Shown here: positions 1 through 12,315 of the stretch, piece by piece
How positions within the stretch are numbered: position 1 is the stretch's first letter
Layout: every line of letters starts with the position of its first letter
NCBI RefSeq assembly: GCF_009914755.1
Contig: NC_060925.1
Strand: one strand, 5' to 3'
DNA length: 64,000 nt
DNA from: the human T2T-CHM13v2.0 reference genome, Homo sapiens
Made by a program: the position numbers and the translations under genes
Notes under the pieces: generated by a model
What the model saw: only the letters and a program-made list of their open reading frames with translations
What the model was told of the DNA's origin: nothing
The model's database searches: none

Positions 1-64
1 AGGAAAACCCATTGCCCTTGGCTGTGGCACATTCCCTACCCCTATATCTGTAGATGTCTGAGCC

Positions 65-265
65 CAGTGGTGTAATGGTAAATGTTTAACAACAAGCTCT
101 TGGCAGGAGGAGAGGAGCTGCTTGTTGGTGGTGTTTGCCAATTTACACTCCCACCATGACTGACTTCAAGTTATCGGTGTGACATCACTGAAAGCAGATT
201 TAGAAGACAATGGCTGCAATTGCCTCCTACAATCACCAGAATGAGCCAGCTGCATCATGTTACCA
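65..265 (+). mobile_element. MER63-like hAT DNA transposon relic
   Basis: Starts CAGTGGTGT..TGGTAAATGTTTAACAAC..GCTCT, resembling the MER63 terminus. Confidence 0.55.
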
Positions 266-281
266 TTTAAGCCCCCTGAGA

Positions 282-424
282 ATGGAGGACTCTGATCCAT
301 GACTGTGGCAGATTCTGAATCCCTGGGTATGGAAGACTCTGAGGTCCTGAGTCTGGAGAAATCACAGCTCAGAAGTCTGAAGGACTCCCAAGGCCCTGGC
401 ATGGAGGACTCCAAGCCATGCACA
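282..424 (+). repeat. Degenerate 24-bp tandem repeat (6 units)
   Basis: Units start at 282, 305, 329, 353, 377 and 401; consensus roughly (A/C/G)TGGAGGACTCxxAxxxCCTGxGT. Confidence 0.7.
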
Positions 425-1489
425 CGGCTAACCCCGTATCACTTGATTTATGGCATCCTCTCTCTAAACCAATGAGGTCAACTCAAAGACTTAAGAGGAC
501 ATGAAAGGCAAGAATGCTCTGAAAAACTGACATTCCTAATGGCCTAATAGGTCCTGACAATATCTTAATAGCTCTAATAACACATATATATTTAAAGCAT
601 TTCCTCCGATCCGGGAGACCTAGAATTTGATCACCCAGTAGGTAAGGCTCATTTCCTAGCTGACACATGAATGGACATGGTGTTTACAGGCATTTTGACA
701 TACTGTGAGCAGAGGGGTCCCCAGAAGATGGAACAAGGCATGATGAGTAGTTGTGATGGGATATCATGGTGACTTTGGAGGTCCTAATATGTTGCGTAGA
801 CAAGTAACAGGCTAGTGGGCCTAACTCAGATGGAGGCATCTGTATCAAGGACAAATTTATGTTTATAACTTCATAGTCCCTGGAGGGCTGGCCATGACAC
901 TTCCTGGTTTGGCAGAGAAAAAATCTGTGCCCTTGGAACCAGTGGAGATGCCCCTGTGTGCTGAGCAAAGCGACAATTCCATCATACCGAGCTTAGAAGA
1001 CACCCTGTGTGTGGACTGTGAAACCCCCACCCCAGCTCTGAACAATGCCCAATCACAAGCTCTGGAAAACACACAGTCTACTGTTTTAGAAAGTCTAGAG
1101 TTCTAGCCCTGTCTCTGGAAAACACTGTCTGCCTCCCCGCAGGAGAAGCTTCCCAAGAATCCTGGCCCCAGAGGACTCTTGATTTTGAGGAAGACCCAAG
1201 GGATGCTTCATTCCTGCCTCTGGAAAACATTTGGTCTCTGACTTTGGAGGGATCCTTCTGACAAATGTAGGAAAAAGCACTTTGTAAAACTAAAAAGCTC
1301 TGCCTGGCATGCGGCAGATGCTCAATAAATGTGTGTGGAATGAAGGAGTGGTCCTGGGAGATCTTTGCAAACTGCAATGCACAGCACGATCCTCAGATAT
1401 TATTCTTACTGTGACTAAATAAAGCCGTTGTCAGGGTATTATGGGAAACTCCATATTTCTCCCTAACGAGATCTTTTTTCTTGTGAGTT

Positions 1490-1635
1490 CTCACCAGCCC
1501 GAGAGCATAGGGCCTGGCTCACAGTGGGCATCAATAAACGTTTGATAGATGAATGGATGCATGGATGGATAAATGAGGGCTGCATGGATGGATGAATCGC
1601 TGTGTGGATGATGAGTGAATGGAAGATGGAAGGAG
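1490..1635 (+). mobile_element. L2 3' end running into a (TGGA/TGAA)n tail
   Basis: gggcctggctcacagtgggcatcaataaacgtttg...tgaatgga. Confidence 0.6.
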
Positions 1636-1639
1636 TGGC

Positions 1640-2110
1640 TGGCACATTTGCCTACTCAACAGCCACCCCCCTCTTCCTCTGCCTTCTTCCTTGCTAAATG
1701 AATCCCAATTTTATTCAAGTCTCTTGCAGCTTAGGAGAAGCCTGTGCCCTCTCCACAGGCAATACATCTTGTTGAGTTTAAGGCCATCAGGATGGTCTCT
1801 TTTCCCTTGCCAGACAGTTGTTTAGGAATAGTCATAGGATGCAATTCTGGCCCAGGAGATATGAAGGGAAGTCTACTGGGGACCCTCCAGGAATATTTTC
1901 CTCATTAGAGGAACACAAACAGGAGACATTCCTTCTTCTGCCTTCAAACACTAATGTGTGAGGATAACATGCATAGAGACGGTGCAGCCATCTTGCAACC
2001 ATGAGGAGATGAGAGAGAAGACAAAAGCCTGACATTCTCAGGACCACACAGCAAACATGCAGAAAGAGGCTGGGTCCTTGAAGCTTGTCATTGAACCACT
2101 GAATTAACCA
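1640..2110 (+). mobile_element. MLT1 (MaLR) LTR relic, MLT1J/K-like
   Basis: Contains caattctggcc..gagatatgaagggaagtct, gcagccatcttgcaaccatgagg and ctgggtccttga motifs. Confidence 0.6.
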
Positions 2111-2111
2111 A

Positions 2112-2602
2112 TGTGTGTGGGTGGGCATCTGGATGAATGAATGATGGATAGGAGGATGGGCGGGTGGATGGATGAATGGATGGGTTGGTGGGTAGATGGG
2201 TGGATGGGTAGATGAATGGGTGGGTGGATGGATGGGTGGGTGGATGTGTGGTTGGGTGGATGGGTGGATGGATAGGGAATAGATGGGTAGACAGGTGGGT
2301 GGGTGGATGGATGGATGGATGGGTAGATGGATAAGTGGATGGATGGGTGAGTGCGTGGATGTGTGGGTGGGTGGATGGGTGGATGGATAGGGAATGGATG
2401 GGTGGATGGGTAGGTGGATGGGTGGGTGGATGGATGATGGATGGATGGGTAGATGGATGAGTGGGTGGATGGGTGGATTCTTGAGGGGATTGGATGTGTG
2501 GATGGATGGATGAATGGACGAATGGATGATTGGGTGGAGGGATGGATGGATAGATGGATGGATGGATGGATGGATGGATGGATGGATGGATGGATGGATG
2601 GA
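2112..2602 (+). repeat. (TGGA)n/(TGGG)n complex tetranucleotide repeat
   Basis: ~490 bp of GGAT/GGGT units ending in a pure (GATG)n run. Confidence 0.95.
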
Positions 2603-5600
2603 TATTTGTGGGAGATGTGAGGGTAGATGGTTGGGGTGAATACACGGAGATATATATATATATATATCTCCACATATATAAAATATAAAGGACTAACAAT
2701 AGTATTATTGTCTTCCTCTGAAGAGCACTCACTCCAAAGCATTCAAGGTCAGAACTGGCTGAGGACAATTGAGCTTTTCCAGTACTTTCCTCCAACCCTC
2801 ATGCTCCGTCCTACTTCATGTGCCCTGGGCCCACCTGTCAAGGCTAATACCTGCCTTCAGTGCCTGTCATCTGGAAAGTCTTGTGCCCTGCTGACTCTCG
2901 TGCAGGGCCTTGCCCTGCCAGAGAAATGTTTGGTCTGTAAAGAAGCTCAGGTAAGACAGCCTGGCACAGTGGACTCAGATGGTCTTGAGTCCAAATCCTT
3001 GCCCTGCCTCTCATGAGCTCCCTGTCCATGGGTAGCCCCCTAACCCACCTGAGCAGCCTTCTCATCTATAAAAGGAGAACAGAGTTCCATTAGCGGGTCT
3101 GCTATGAAGATCCAAGCACCCAGCACCGTGTGAAGCCCCCAGTATGCCCTCAATAAATGCTGAGTCCTTCTGAGTTCCTTTAGCCAGCTCAGCCACAGTT
3201 GGGCAAGCATGGGCTGTGGCCAGGCAGCAGCCTACATACAAATGCAAAGGAGACCTGACCTCTGCCCCCTCCAACCATTCTGCTGCAAAACGCTGTCTCG
3301 AGGCATTGTTCCTTGGAGCCAGCCACAGGGCTCGCGGAAGGACTAGAGGAAACTGAGCAAACCTCAATTGCTTCCTCCTTTCTTGTGCCACTGGATATGG
3401 CAGGGCGGATCAGCAACTGGGAACCTTAAGAGCTTGCAGGTTGAGAGCTGACAGAGTGGACAGCTGGCTTAGCAGGCTGGCCCTGGGCCAGGCCAGGGTT
3501 GCAACCTCACGTCCTGCAGCTTCCAGCGCCCTCTTGGACAGAGACAGATGATTCCAGCTCTCCAAGTCCAATTCTGCCTCTCCTTGGGATATTCCCTAAT
3601 GCCTGAGATCACCACCATGTCCTATTACCTCCTCCACTCTTTACCCTCAAGATGTTCATTATCTGTCCTCTTGTTCCTCTCCTTTCCTCAAGCTCACTTG
3701 TGGATCTGACTGCTGTACTGCCCACGGCACCTGCTGCACCAAGCCTTCCCTCCCCACAGGCCCCATGCATACGCTGTTTTCCCTGGCTTATTTATTCCTC
3801 CCTGCCTTGTCCCTCATCTGTTAAGACTCACCCTAAGTGTCAAGTGTGCCAGGAAAACCTTCTGGGTTCCCACCTGGGTCAGGACCACACACAGGACTCT
3901 GAAGCCCTGCATTTACTGCACGTGTCACACTGTCTTTCTGGATCGGTCTCCCCAACTAAACTGAGCATTCCTTGACATAAGATATCATATCTCATGGATC
4001 TCTGCAGCATATAAAATGGTGCCCCATTCATTCTTTCGTTCACTGAATGTGTATTCTGATGCATCCCAGTGGTCCTCTCTTTATTGTGGACATGTGACCG
4101 TGCAATGATGGTGACAGTGCCTTTAGCTTATCCTTGGTCCCGCATACTTTTCAAAGCCCTTGAACTCTCTCCTCTCATTAGTATGAAGCTCTCAAACAGA
4201 TTGATTCTTGGCTCTGAGAATGATTAACTGTCTGTTCTCGGGCAAGTTACTGAACCTCTCATGAGCCTTAGTTTCCTTAAGGTCACTCATTGATTCGACA
4301 AACATTTATAAAGACTCTACCGGAGGTTCTGTCCCAGGGGATACCAACTACTGGGGATACCAACATGAGTCAAAAATTGTCTTGGCCTTTGCAGAAATCT
4401 CAGTTCAGACAAAGACAGCTTTGGACAGTTCAACCCTCAGGACAGTAAAGACCCCACCAAGGGCTGGGGAGTGGGGTATGGAGAGTCATTTGATCCACCC
4501 AGAGGGCCCTAGGAAGATTTCCAGTGACACCTTGGTCAAGCCTTGTTTGGAGGATTAAATGGTATCTCATTTGTGATCCACCAAAGGAACTCCACAGCAT
4601 GTGTGAAAAGTCTCAGCACGGCGTCAAGCACAGGGTGGGTGCACACTGAGTCTCAGCTTTCCACGCCACCCAGGAAGGGGGCATGACAGACTGCAAGCCA
4701 GCCCAAGGCCCTATCCTCGCTCCTCAGATGCCCCCACAGGCTGGTCTCTCCTCTCACGGTGGCTGGGATACCTGTTGGAACACAGACCACCTCCGACCCC
4801 AGATAGCTCTCATGAGACGCTTCATAATCACGCTTCACTCTGAGTTTGATAAATAAAGGTAATTGTAGGATAATTAGACTCTATTCTCTTCCAACATCGT
4901 AATTGGCATGAGATGCGTGATCCTTTCTTGCACATCATTTTGCCAGGCGTATTTGAAGCTTTCCGTCTTGGCCTCCTCACACAGTGCAGAAAGAGTAATG
5001 GCTCAGAAGCCACTGCTGTGACAGGCCGGAAGCCAGCAGGCAGCCCCTACGTGGCCCCTGACTAATCACTGTAGATGCCTCCTGTCACATGCTGGGAGGG
5101 TTCCCAAGTAGATCGTGCCCTTGTCACCACCATCATCAATCACATGGTCATAATGCTCCCCAGAGTGCCTGCGTAAGAGAGAAGCACATGACTTTTGGAA
5201 TCTGAGGATCCAATTTCAAATCCCAGCTCTGTCACCAACTTGCTGTGTGACCTTGGACAAAGTGCTCACCCTCTCTGAGCCTCAGTTGCCCCAAGTAGGA
5301 GTGATTATCCTTAATACAATCAAATAAGACAGCACATATGACAATGCTTCCTAACAGACCAGGCAGATAGCACCTGAGTGCTTCCTACCCCTACTGCCAG
5401 CCTCTACCCACATAACTGGCAAAGCAAAACCTGAACAAAGAGGAGGGAAGGACAAACGTGAAGATGAGCATACCCTTCTCCTGGTATATAGGGAGCTTGG
5501 AATTACGCACTAGGATCCAGATGCACAAAGGGAAAGCAAATGCAAATGTAGCTTCCTCATACTTCTTACACATGACCTAATCTCACGCTCCAACCTCCAT

Positions 5601-5624
5601 CCCACTGATGGGGCATAAAGGTAG

Positions 5625-5943
<319 letters not shown>

Positions 5944-6105
5944 GAAGAGGGGACTTTTAATTGGCAAGTTCATCACCAGTTAAGCAGGGCTCTGTCCCCT
6001 CCAGTTTAATATGGTCTCTCTGGTGTTTACACCATTGCCTTGGGTGAATGCTCAATGTTTCAAGATTTCTCCCCCTTCCCATTTCTCCTCCAAATATGGC
6101 AGCCT

Positions 6106-6345
6106 AAATGTGAGGGTGATCTGGCTGTGACATCTGTCACCCTATTGATCGCAGGGTTGATTCTGCTGATCTGGCTGGCTAGGCGGGTGTCCCCTTCCTC
6201 CCTCACCGCCCTTGTGCATTCCTCCGGAAGCTGCACACTCAGTCTAAGAGGACAACCATCCTCGATAGAGGACTGTTCTTCAGTCAAGGGTATATGAGTA
6301 GCTGCACTCTTCTTCTGGAACCTTCCAACAAGTTCTCAAGGTCCA
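6106..6345 (+). pseudogene. 7SK snRNA retropseudogene, 3'-truncated, tailless
   Basis: Matches roughly the first 245 nt of 7SK (ATGTGAGGG.GATCTGGCTG.GACATCTGTCACC...CTCAAGGTCCA). Flanked by the identical 16-mer TCCAAATATGGCAGCC at 6089-6104 and 6342-6357. Confidence 0.95.
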
Positions 6346-7707
6346 AATATGGCAGCCAGGAAAGGGGCAAATGGAGGAACCTGGGAGTCTCCTGGGAGCA
6401 GTGGGTGGGGTCTCCTGTCGCTGTGTTACACACCTGGTCCACGGTGGCACCCATTCAAGGCCCCTCTTCCTGCTCCTCTCAGCACTGGCCACAGTGCATC
6501 AGCCACGGAATGGGTCTCACCAACCTGGTCCTGAGCCAGCCTCTCCTGCTGTGGCCCAGGAAGCCCCCCTTCCCTCCTGGCCACAAAGTGCCCCGCTCTG
6601 CTGGCCTCTTGATCCCAGGCGCATGCTGGAGTTCTGGGCCTCCTGTGCACCCAGCCCAGGTCATGAGGACCCCCCAGTGCTCAGTCAACCTCACGTAACC
6701 AGCTCCCTCTTTCTACCCACGTTGTGTTTTCACCCCCACAATCCCGCCTCCTTCCCCACACTGGATAAGTGGTAAGGTGGATGTTCTAGGACTCAGTCTA
6801 GTGTTTCTAGTATCTGTGGACTCATCCCCACCAGGGGCTGATGCCCGGGAGGGAGGGCCCTCAGGGCTTTCCTTGGGACCCACACTTGTCCTCACCCTGG
6901 CCCCTCTTCACCAGAGTCCTTGTCTCCCCCGCTGTGCCCACAGACACTCCTACCCTCTGCTCGCTCATCTTGTCCAGTAGGAATGTCCCTTTCCATCTCC
7001 TTCATCGTTTCCACACTCCTCCTGTGATCTCAGACTCTGCCAGGCAGGGCTCTTGATATGCAAAGACGGCTTTGGAGACTTAGAAAGCCTTTCCCCTCTC
7101 TCAACAAAGCCTGGCTTTCAAGACCATTATCTGGCTAAAGACTGCAGGATCCTATTCCGTCAAAAGCTGAACATCAATTCTTTCCTTTTGTACTCCTGAT
7201 CCCCAATCCTATTGCTCTATAAGACCCTGGGTGCCTCTGGCTGAAAAGGAAGAGAGTGGCATAAAAGCAGTTTAGAAACACATAGGTACAGTAAAAATAT
7301 CTATCATTCCTGTTACACCAGACTCTCTGGATGTCAGCGCACAAAGAGACCTTGGAAAGAACCTCACCCTTCCTCTTCCCCCAGCCACGTTAGAGGCCCA
7401 GAGAGGGCAAAGATGGGGCTCAGCCCAGCGGCTGAGCAGGAATGAGAAGACATGGTCCCTGATGCCTGGCCAAAGCCTCTTCCCATGATGCCTCCACTAG
7501 GGAAGTGGGTGCAGGCCATTCCTTTGTGAAGCACCCTGCGTCTGAGCACTTTCCAGAACTCTGTGAAGCAGGGATGAAGCCTGTCTTGCTCACCAGTGCA
7601 CCCCCATCATTGAGCCCAGGGTCTAGAATGCAGTGACAGGGACGTCTCAGCCCGTGTTCCCACTGCTCCTGCATGTTACTTCACTGCTCCATGTTCCGTG
7701 CCAGTCA

Positions 7708-8263
7708 TGTCAAAGGTGTTTGAACCAGAGCAACTCCATCTTGAATAGGGACTGGGCAAAACGAGCCTGAGACCTACTGGGCTGCATTCCCAGACAGTTA
7801 AGGCATTCTAAGTCACAGGATGAGAGAGGAGGTTGGCACAAGATACAGGTCATAAAGACCTCGCTGATTAAACAGGTTGCAGTAAAGAAGCCGGCTAAAA
7901 ACCCACCAAAACCAAGACAGTGACGAGAGTGACCTCTGGTCATCATCACTGACTGCTACACTCCCACCAGAGCCATGACAGTTTACAAATGCCATGGCAA
8001 CATAAGGAAGTTACCCTGCATGGTCTAAAAAGGGGAGACGTGAGTAATCCATCCCTCGTTTAGCACATAATCAAGAAATAACCATAAAAATAAGCAACCA
8101 GCAGCCCTCCGGGCAGCTCTGCCTATGGAGTAGCCATTCTTTATTCCTTTACTTTCCTAATAAACTTGCTTTCACTTTACTGTAGGGACTTGTCCTGAAT
8201 TCTTTCTTCCACGAGATCCAAGAACCAGTGTTGGGGTCTGGGTCGGACCTCTTTCCTCTAACA
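7708..8263 (+). mobile_element. MER41A-type solo LTR (ERV1), 556 bp
   Basis: TG...CA termini, MER41 start TGTCA.AGG.GTTTGAACCAGAGCAACTCCATCTTGAATAGG, internal AATAAA, 4-bp TSD GTCA (7704-7707 / 8264-8267). Confidence 0.9.
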
Positions 8264-8689
8264 GTCACAGTGAATTCCTCTATCCAGGCATCTCAGAGGC
8301 ACTCCCTGTCTGCACCTGTGTTCACGGGGCTGGTTGCCACCTGACATGGAATCCTCCCGCCTGCCAGCCCCTTGCTCCACCACCAGGTGCTGTGGGGCGT
8401 CTTTACCGACCCTGCTGTCCTCAGCTTCAGTCCACCACGGTCTCTCTGAGCCTCAGTTTCCTCACCTTCTCCATAACGGTTTGACTGGTTGTGGCTTTTA
8501 GACATTTTTTAGCAGCAGAAAAACAGAGCTTCTCTTTGATAAGCAAGGAGATGGGGTCCTCCTGTAATGCCTGGAAAATTGAGAGGTAGGCATACACATC
8601 TGTGTAATTTGAATCAGTGGTTTTGGCTTCACAGCTCCCCTAAAGCACAGATGCACAGAATTTGAAAATCAACTAGATATTTCCGCAGG

Positions 8690-9170
8690 GTTCTTGCAAC
8701 ACCAACTTGATTAAAATTTAAGACTCAGACAGTCTAGACACAAATAAGTAAAAACTACATCAGCTACAAGCAACAAAATTAAAAACAAACAAAAAAAACT
8801 GAGCTTTAAATCAGAGGGATGTTCTCCCCTAACAAGAAGTCCAGGAGAAGGCAGACCCCGGGCTGGGAGAAGCATACCCCAAAGCCATTGGGCACCCTCC
8901 TCGCTCCACTCAGCCGTCTTCCACCTGTGGCTTGTTCCTCAGTTTCACGGCTTCCTCCTCAGATTCGTGGCCTCAGGACCACAAAGTGGCTGCTCTGGGG
9001 CCAGCATCTTGCCTGCGTTCTGGGCAGGAGGAAGGGGACTGGCAAGGAGCCAAAAGCCTATAATACCCCTGGGTGGCCTCCAGACTTTCCTGAAGACCCA
9101 CTCAGTGAACCTGCTCAGATTTCATGGGCTAGAATGTGTCATGTGGCATCCCAATAAACCAGGGAGAAGG
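8690..9170 (-). mobile_element. MLT1 (MaLR) LTR relic
   Basis: Antisense MLT1 motifs (ttgcaac..ccaact, aagaagtccagg, gctagaatgtgtcatgtgg). Confidence 0.5.
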
Positions 9171-10667
9171 GGAAAAAAAACAGTTTTGGTCTTTTAGTCT
9201 GGGCGCCTTTTGCCACCATGAAGAAAGTCTGGGCTCTGTGAGTAAAAATGAAGAGGGTGGCAAGCAACTGGGTCCACCCCAGGGGGCCTGAGGCCAGCCC
9301 CAGCCTGCCATTAACCTGTTGTGTGGTTTGAGGCATGTCCCTTCCCCTCTCTAGCCTCAATTTCCCCATTTCAAAATGGGAGAACTGGGCCAGATGCTAT
9401 GGGACTTTATTCAGCTTTGACTGGCTGGTGCAAATCCTGACGCTGCTACCTATGAGCTGTGTGACCTGGGGCGGCTATTGGACAAACCTTTGGCTCAGTT
9501 TCCTCATCTGTAAAATAGGGGTAATCGTGGAGCTGCCTCATAGGGTTCTGAGGACTGGATGGGCTGTTACTTGTAGGGCGTTCAGCAGAGTCTGACAGGA
9601 AGGCACAGACAAAAGCCATCAGTGACGCTGTTATGCTAAGCTCTGAGAGTCCACGAGTCCTGAGTCCTGCTTCTGCGCGCCTCTGTGTGCTGGGTGACCT
9701 GAGGCAGGTGCCTTCCCCTCTTGGGGCCCAGCAGGTCTGAGAGTTGCCTTCAGAAGCTGGGCCTGGCTGTGACAAGAGAGTGAGTCCCTTCCTGGGCTGG
9801 GAGGGGGAACAGGAGCGGACGGAGTCAGCCGGTTTCCTGCAGCCGGGGCAGTGACCTGGGCAGCAGGGACTTCCTGTTTCCCAGAGGGAATCCGGGCCAC
9901 TGCATCCAGCCCCTCCCTCCCCTCCCTGCAGCTCCCCTCTGTAATGGAGGAAACTTGTCGCTGGGGCAACCTTCCCTGCGTCATCTCCCGGGGCGGGCGG
10001 CCCTGTGTGGGTGAGAGAAGCACCAGCAACAATCGCCCTTTGTCTCCAGCTCAGCTGCTCCCAAAGCGCTTTCTGACCTTGCCCTCGTCTCAGCCCTGAG
10101 AGTCTCATGCCCATTTTCCAGATGAGGAAACTGTGGCCCAAGGAGGTGAGGTGACTTGCCCCAGGTCATAGGTCACAAGGCTGGTGAGAAGTAAGGCTGG
10201 GATTAAAACCTGAGTCTTCTGAAAACATGGGCCAGCTTCATCTGGGGCCCTCGGCACCCAGTGGACCCTCAGTCAGGGCCCCCGAGACACTGTCAGAGCC
10301 TGGAGCTTGACTTTTCAGTGCCCTGATGACCTAGGATGTGATCCTCGGCCACTGTCGCCTCCCCAGCTGGAGCCCTGAGGAAGGAGGCTTGGGGTCTCCT
10401 GCAGGACCCCTTTGTCTTTAACATGCACACACCATCCGGCTTCGTGACACTTGTCCCTGGGGACACAGAGACCAGCCAGACCCACTCTGCAAAACCTGGG
10501 CACAAACAACTTTAACTCAAGGTGGCCAGTCTGACATGCCACTGGCTAGGAGCAGAGGCTTTGCATCCCCGGGTGCAAATCCTGACCTTGGTACTTGCCG
10601 GCTGTGTGCCTTAGGCTAGTGACTTAACCTCTCTGAGCTTCTGTTTCCTCGTCTATGAAATAGAGGT

Positions 10668-11140
10668 CATGTTAGTTCCCTAGTGCTGCCATAAACAAAC
10701 TGCCACAAACTTGTTGGCTTAAGACAACAGATATTCAATCTCTCCTAGTTCTGGGGACCAAAAGTCTGAAAACAAGATTTTTGGCAGGGTTGGTTCCTGC
10801 CATGATTTTTGGCAGGGTTTGCTCTGGGGGAAAATGATGTGGATGATTCTCTCCTAGCTTCTGGTGGTGGCCAGAGATCCTTGATGTTCCTTGGTTTGTG
10901 GCTGCATAACTCCCATCTCTGCCCCCGTCTTTGTCTTCCCTCTGTGTAGGTGTGTATCCAAATGTCCCTCTTCTTATAAGGACATTGGTCAGTGGATTAG
11001 AGCCCACTACAATCCACTGTGACTTCGTTTTGACCTGATTACATCTGCAAAGACCCTATTTCCAAATAAGGCCACATTCACAGGTACAGGGGTTAGAATG
11101 TGAGCTTGTTTTTCTGGGGGACACAATTAGACCCACAACA
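10668..11140 (-). mobile_element. MLT1B/C-like MaLR LTR inserted into a MIR
   Basis: ttagtt.cctag.gctgcc.taa..aa..ccacaaactt..tggcttaa at one end and gggggacacaatt.acccacaaca at the other. MIR sequence on both sides. Confidence 0.75.
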
Positions 11141-11369
11141 CTGTTATGGGTTGTGGTGCAGATCTTACAAGTAATTCATCTAAACCACCCAGCCCTGAGT
11201 CAAACTCACAGAAAGTCCTCAGACAGTAGATGCTGTTATTCTCACTTTGATTCTCCCACCCCAGCAACCAGCCCCAGCTTTGACTGTCTGCCTGGTGTCC
11301 AGCCCCTCCAGGTCTGAAATCCTGACTTGTGCCCCCAACCTCCCAAAGGCTGCACTAATAATAAGAGCC

Positions 11370-11579
11370 TTTTTTTTTTTTTGAGACAGGGTCTCACTCT
11401 GTCACCCAGGTTGGAGTGCAGTGGTGTAACCCCAGCTCACTGCAGCCTCCACGTCCCGGGCTCAAGTGATTCTCCCACCTCAGTCTCCCGAGTAGCTGGG
11501 ACTATAGGTGCACACCACTATGCCCAGCTAATTTTTGCCTTTTTTGTAGAGACGGGGTTTTGCCATGTTGCCCAAGCTG
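11370..11579 (-). mobile_element. 5'-truncated AluJ
   Basis: Poly-T, right arm and part of the left arm. TSD AAGAGC. Confidence 0.9.
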
Positions 11580-12017
11580 AAGAGCTCATATCTATTGAGC
11601 ACTTACTGTATGCCAGGCGCTGTCTAGGCACTAAACAAATATCATCTCATTCTGCCCTGATAACAATCTTGCGAGGTAGCAACTATTCTTACCTTCTTTC
11701 ACAAAGGAGAAAACAGATTCAGAGAGGTTTAGCGATTTACCTGGGGACACCAGCTAGAAAGCAGCAGCACTACTCAAACCTAGTGGGTCTGGCTTGGAGC
11801 TTTTAACTCTATAGCCTTCCTGCCTCTCGAACAGCAGCCCCCAAGCACGGACCACCAACCCACCTCCGTGCCTGCTTCTCCTCTTGCCTGTCGCTGCAAC
11901 TGTCCCCAAGCACCTTTCTCCGGGGTCCCACCTGACCCCTGTCTCTGATTCTCCCACTGCTGAGCCTGTCCAGGCCCAGGGCTCAGCCGTGCTGCTGGGC
12001 TCCAAGGAGAGACTACA

Positions 12018-12315
<298 letters not shown>

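Noticed and set aside
2646-2671. Perfect palindrome GGAGA(TA)nTCTCC
   Set aside because: Mostly explained by the self-complementary (TA)n run, with only 5 bp of extra stem.
2088-2795. 235-aa and 212-aa HPSI-repeat ORFs
   Set aside because: Products of the (TGGA)n repeat.
3520-3545. Possible CTCF site (CAGCGCCCTCTTGG)
   Set aside because: Only the AGAGGGCGC half matches; the conserved CC positions are missing.
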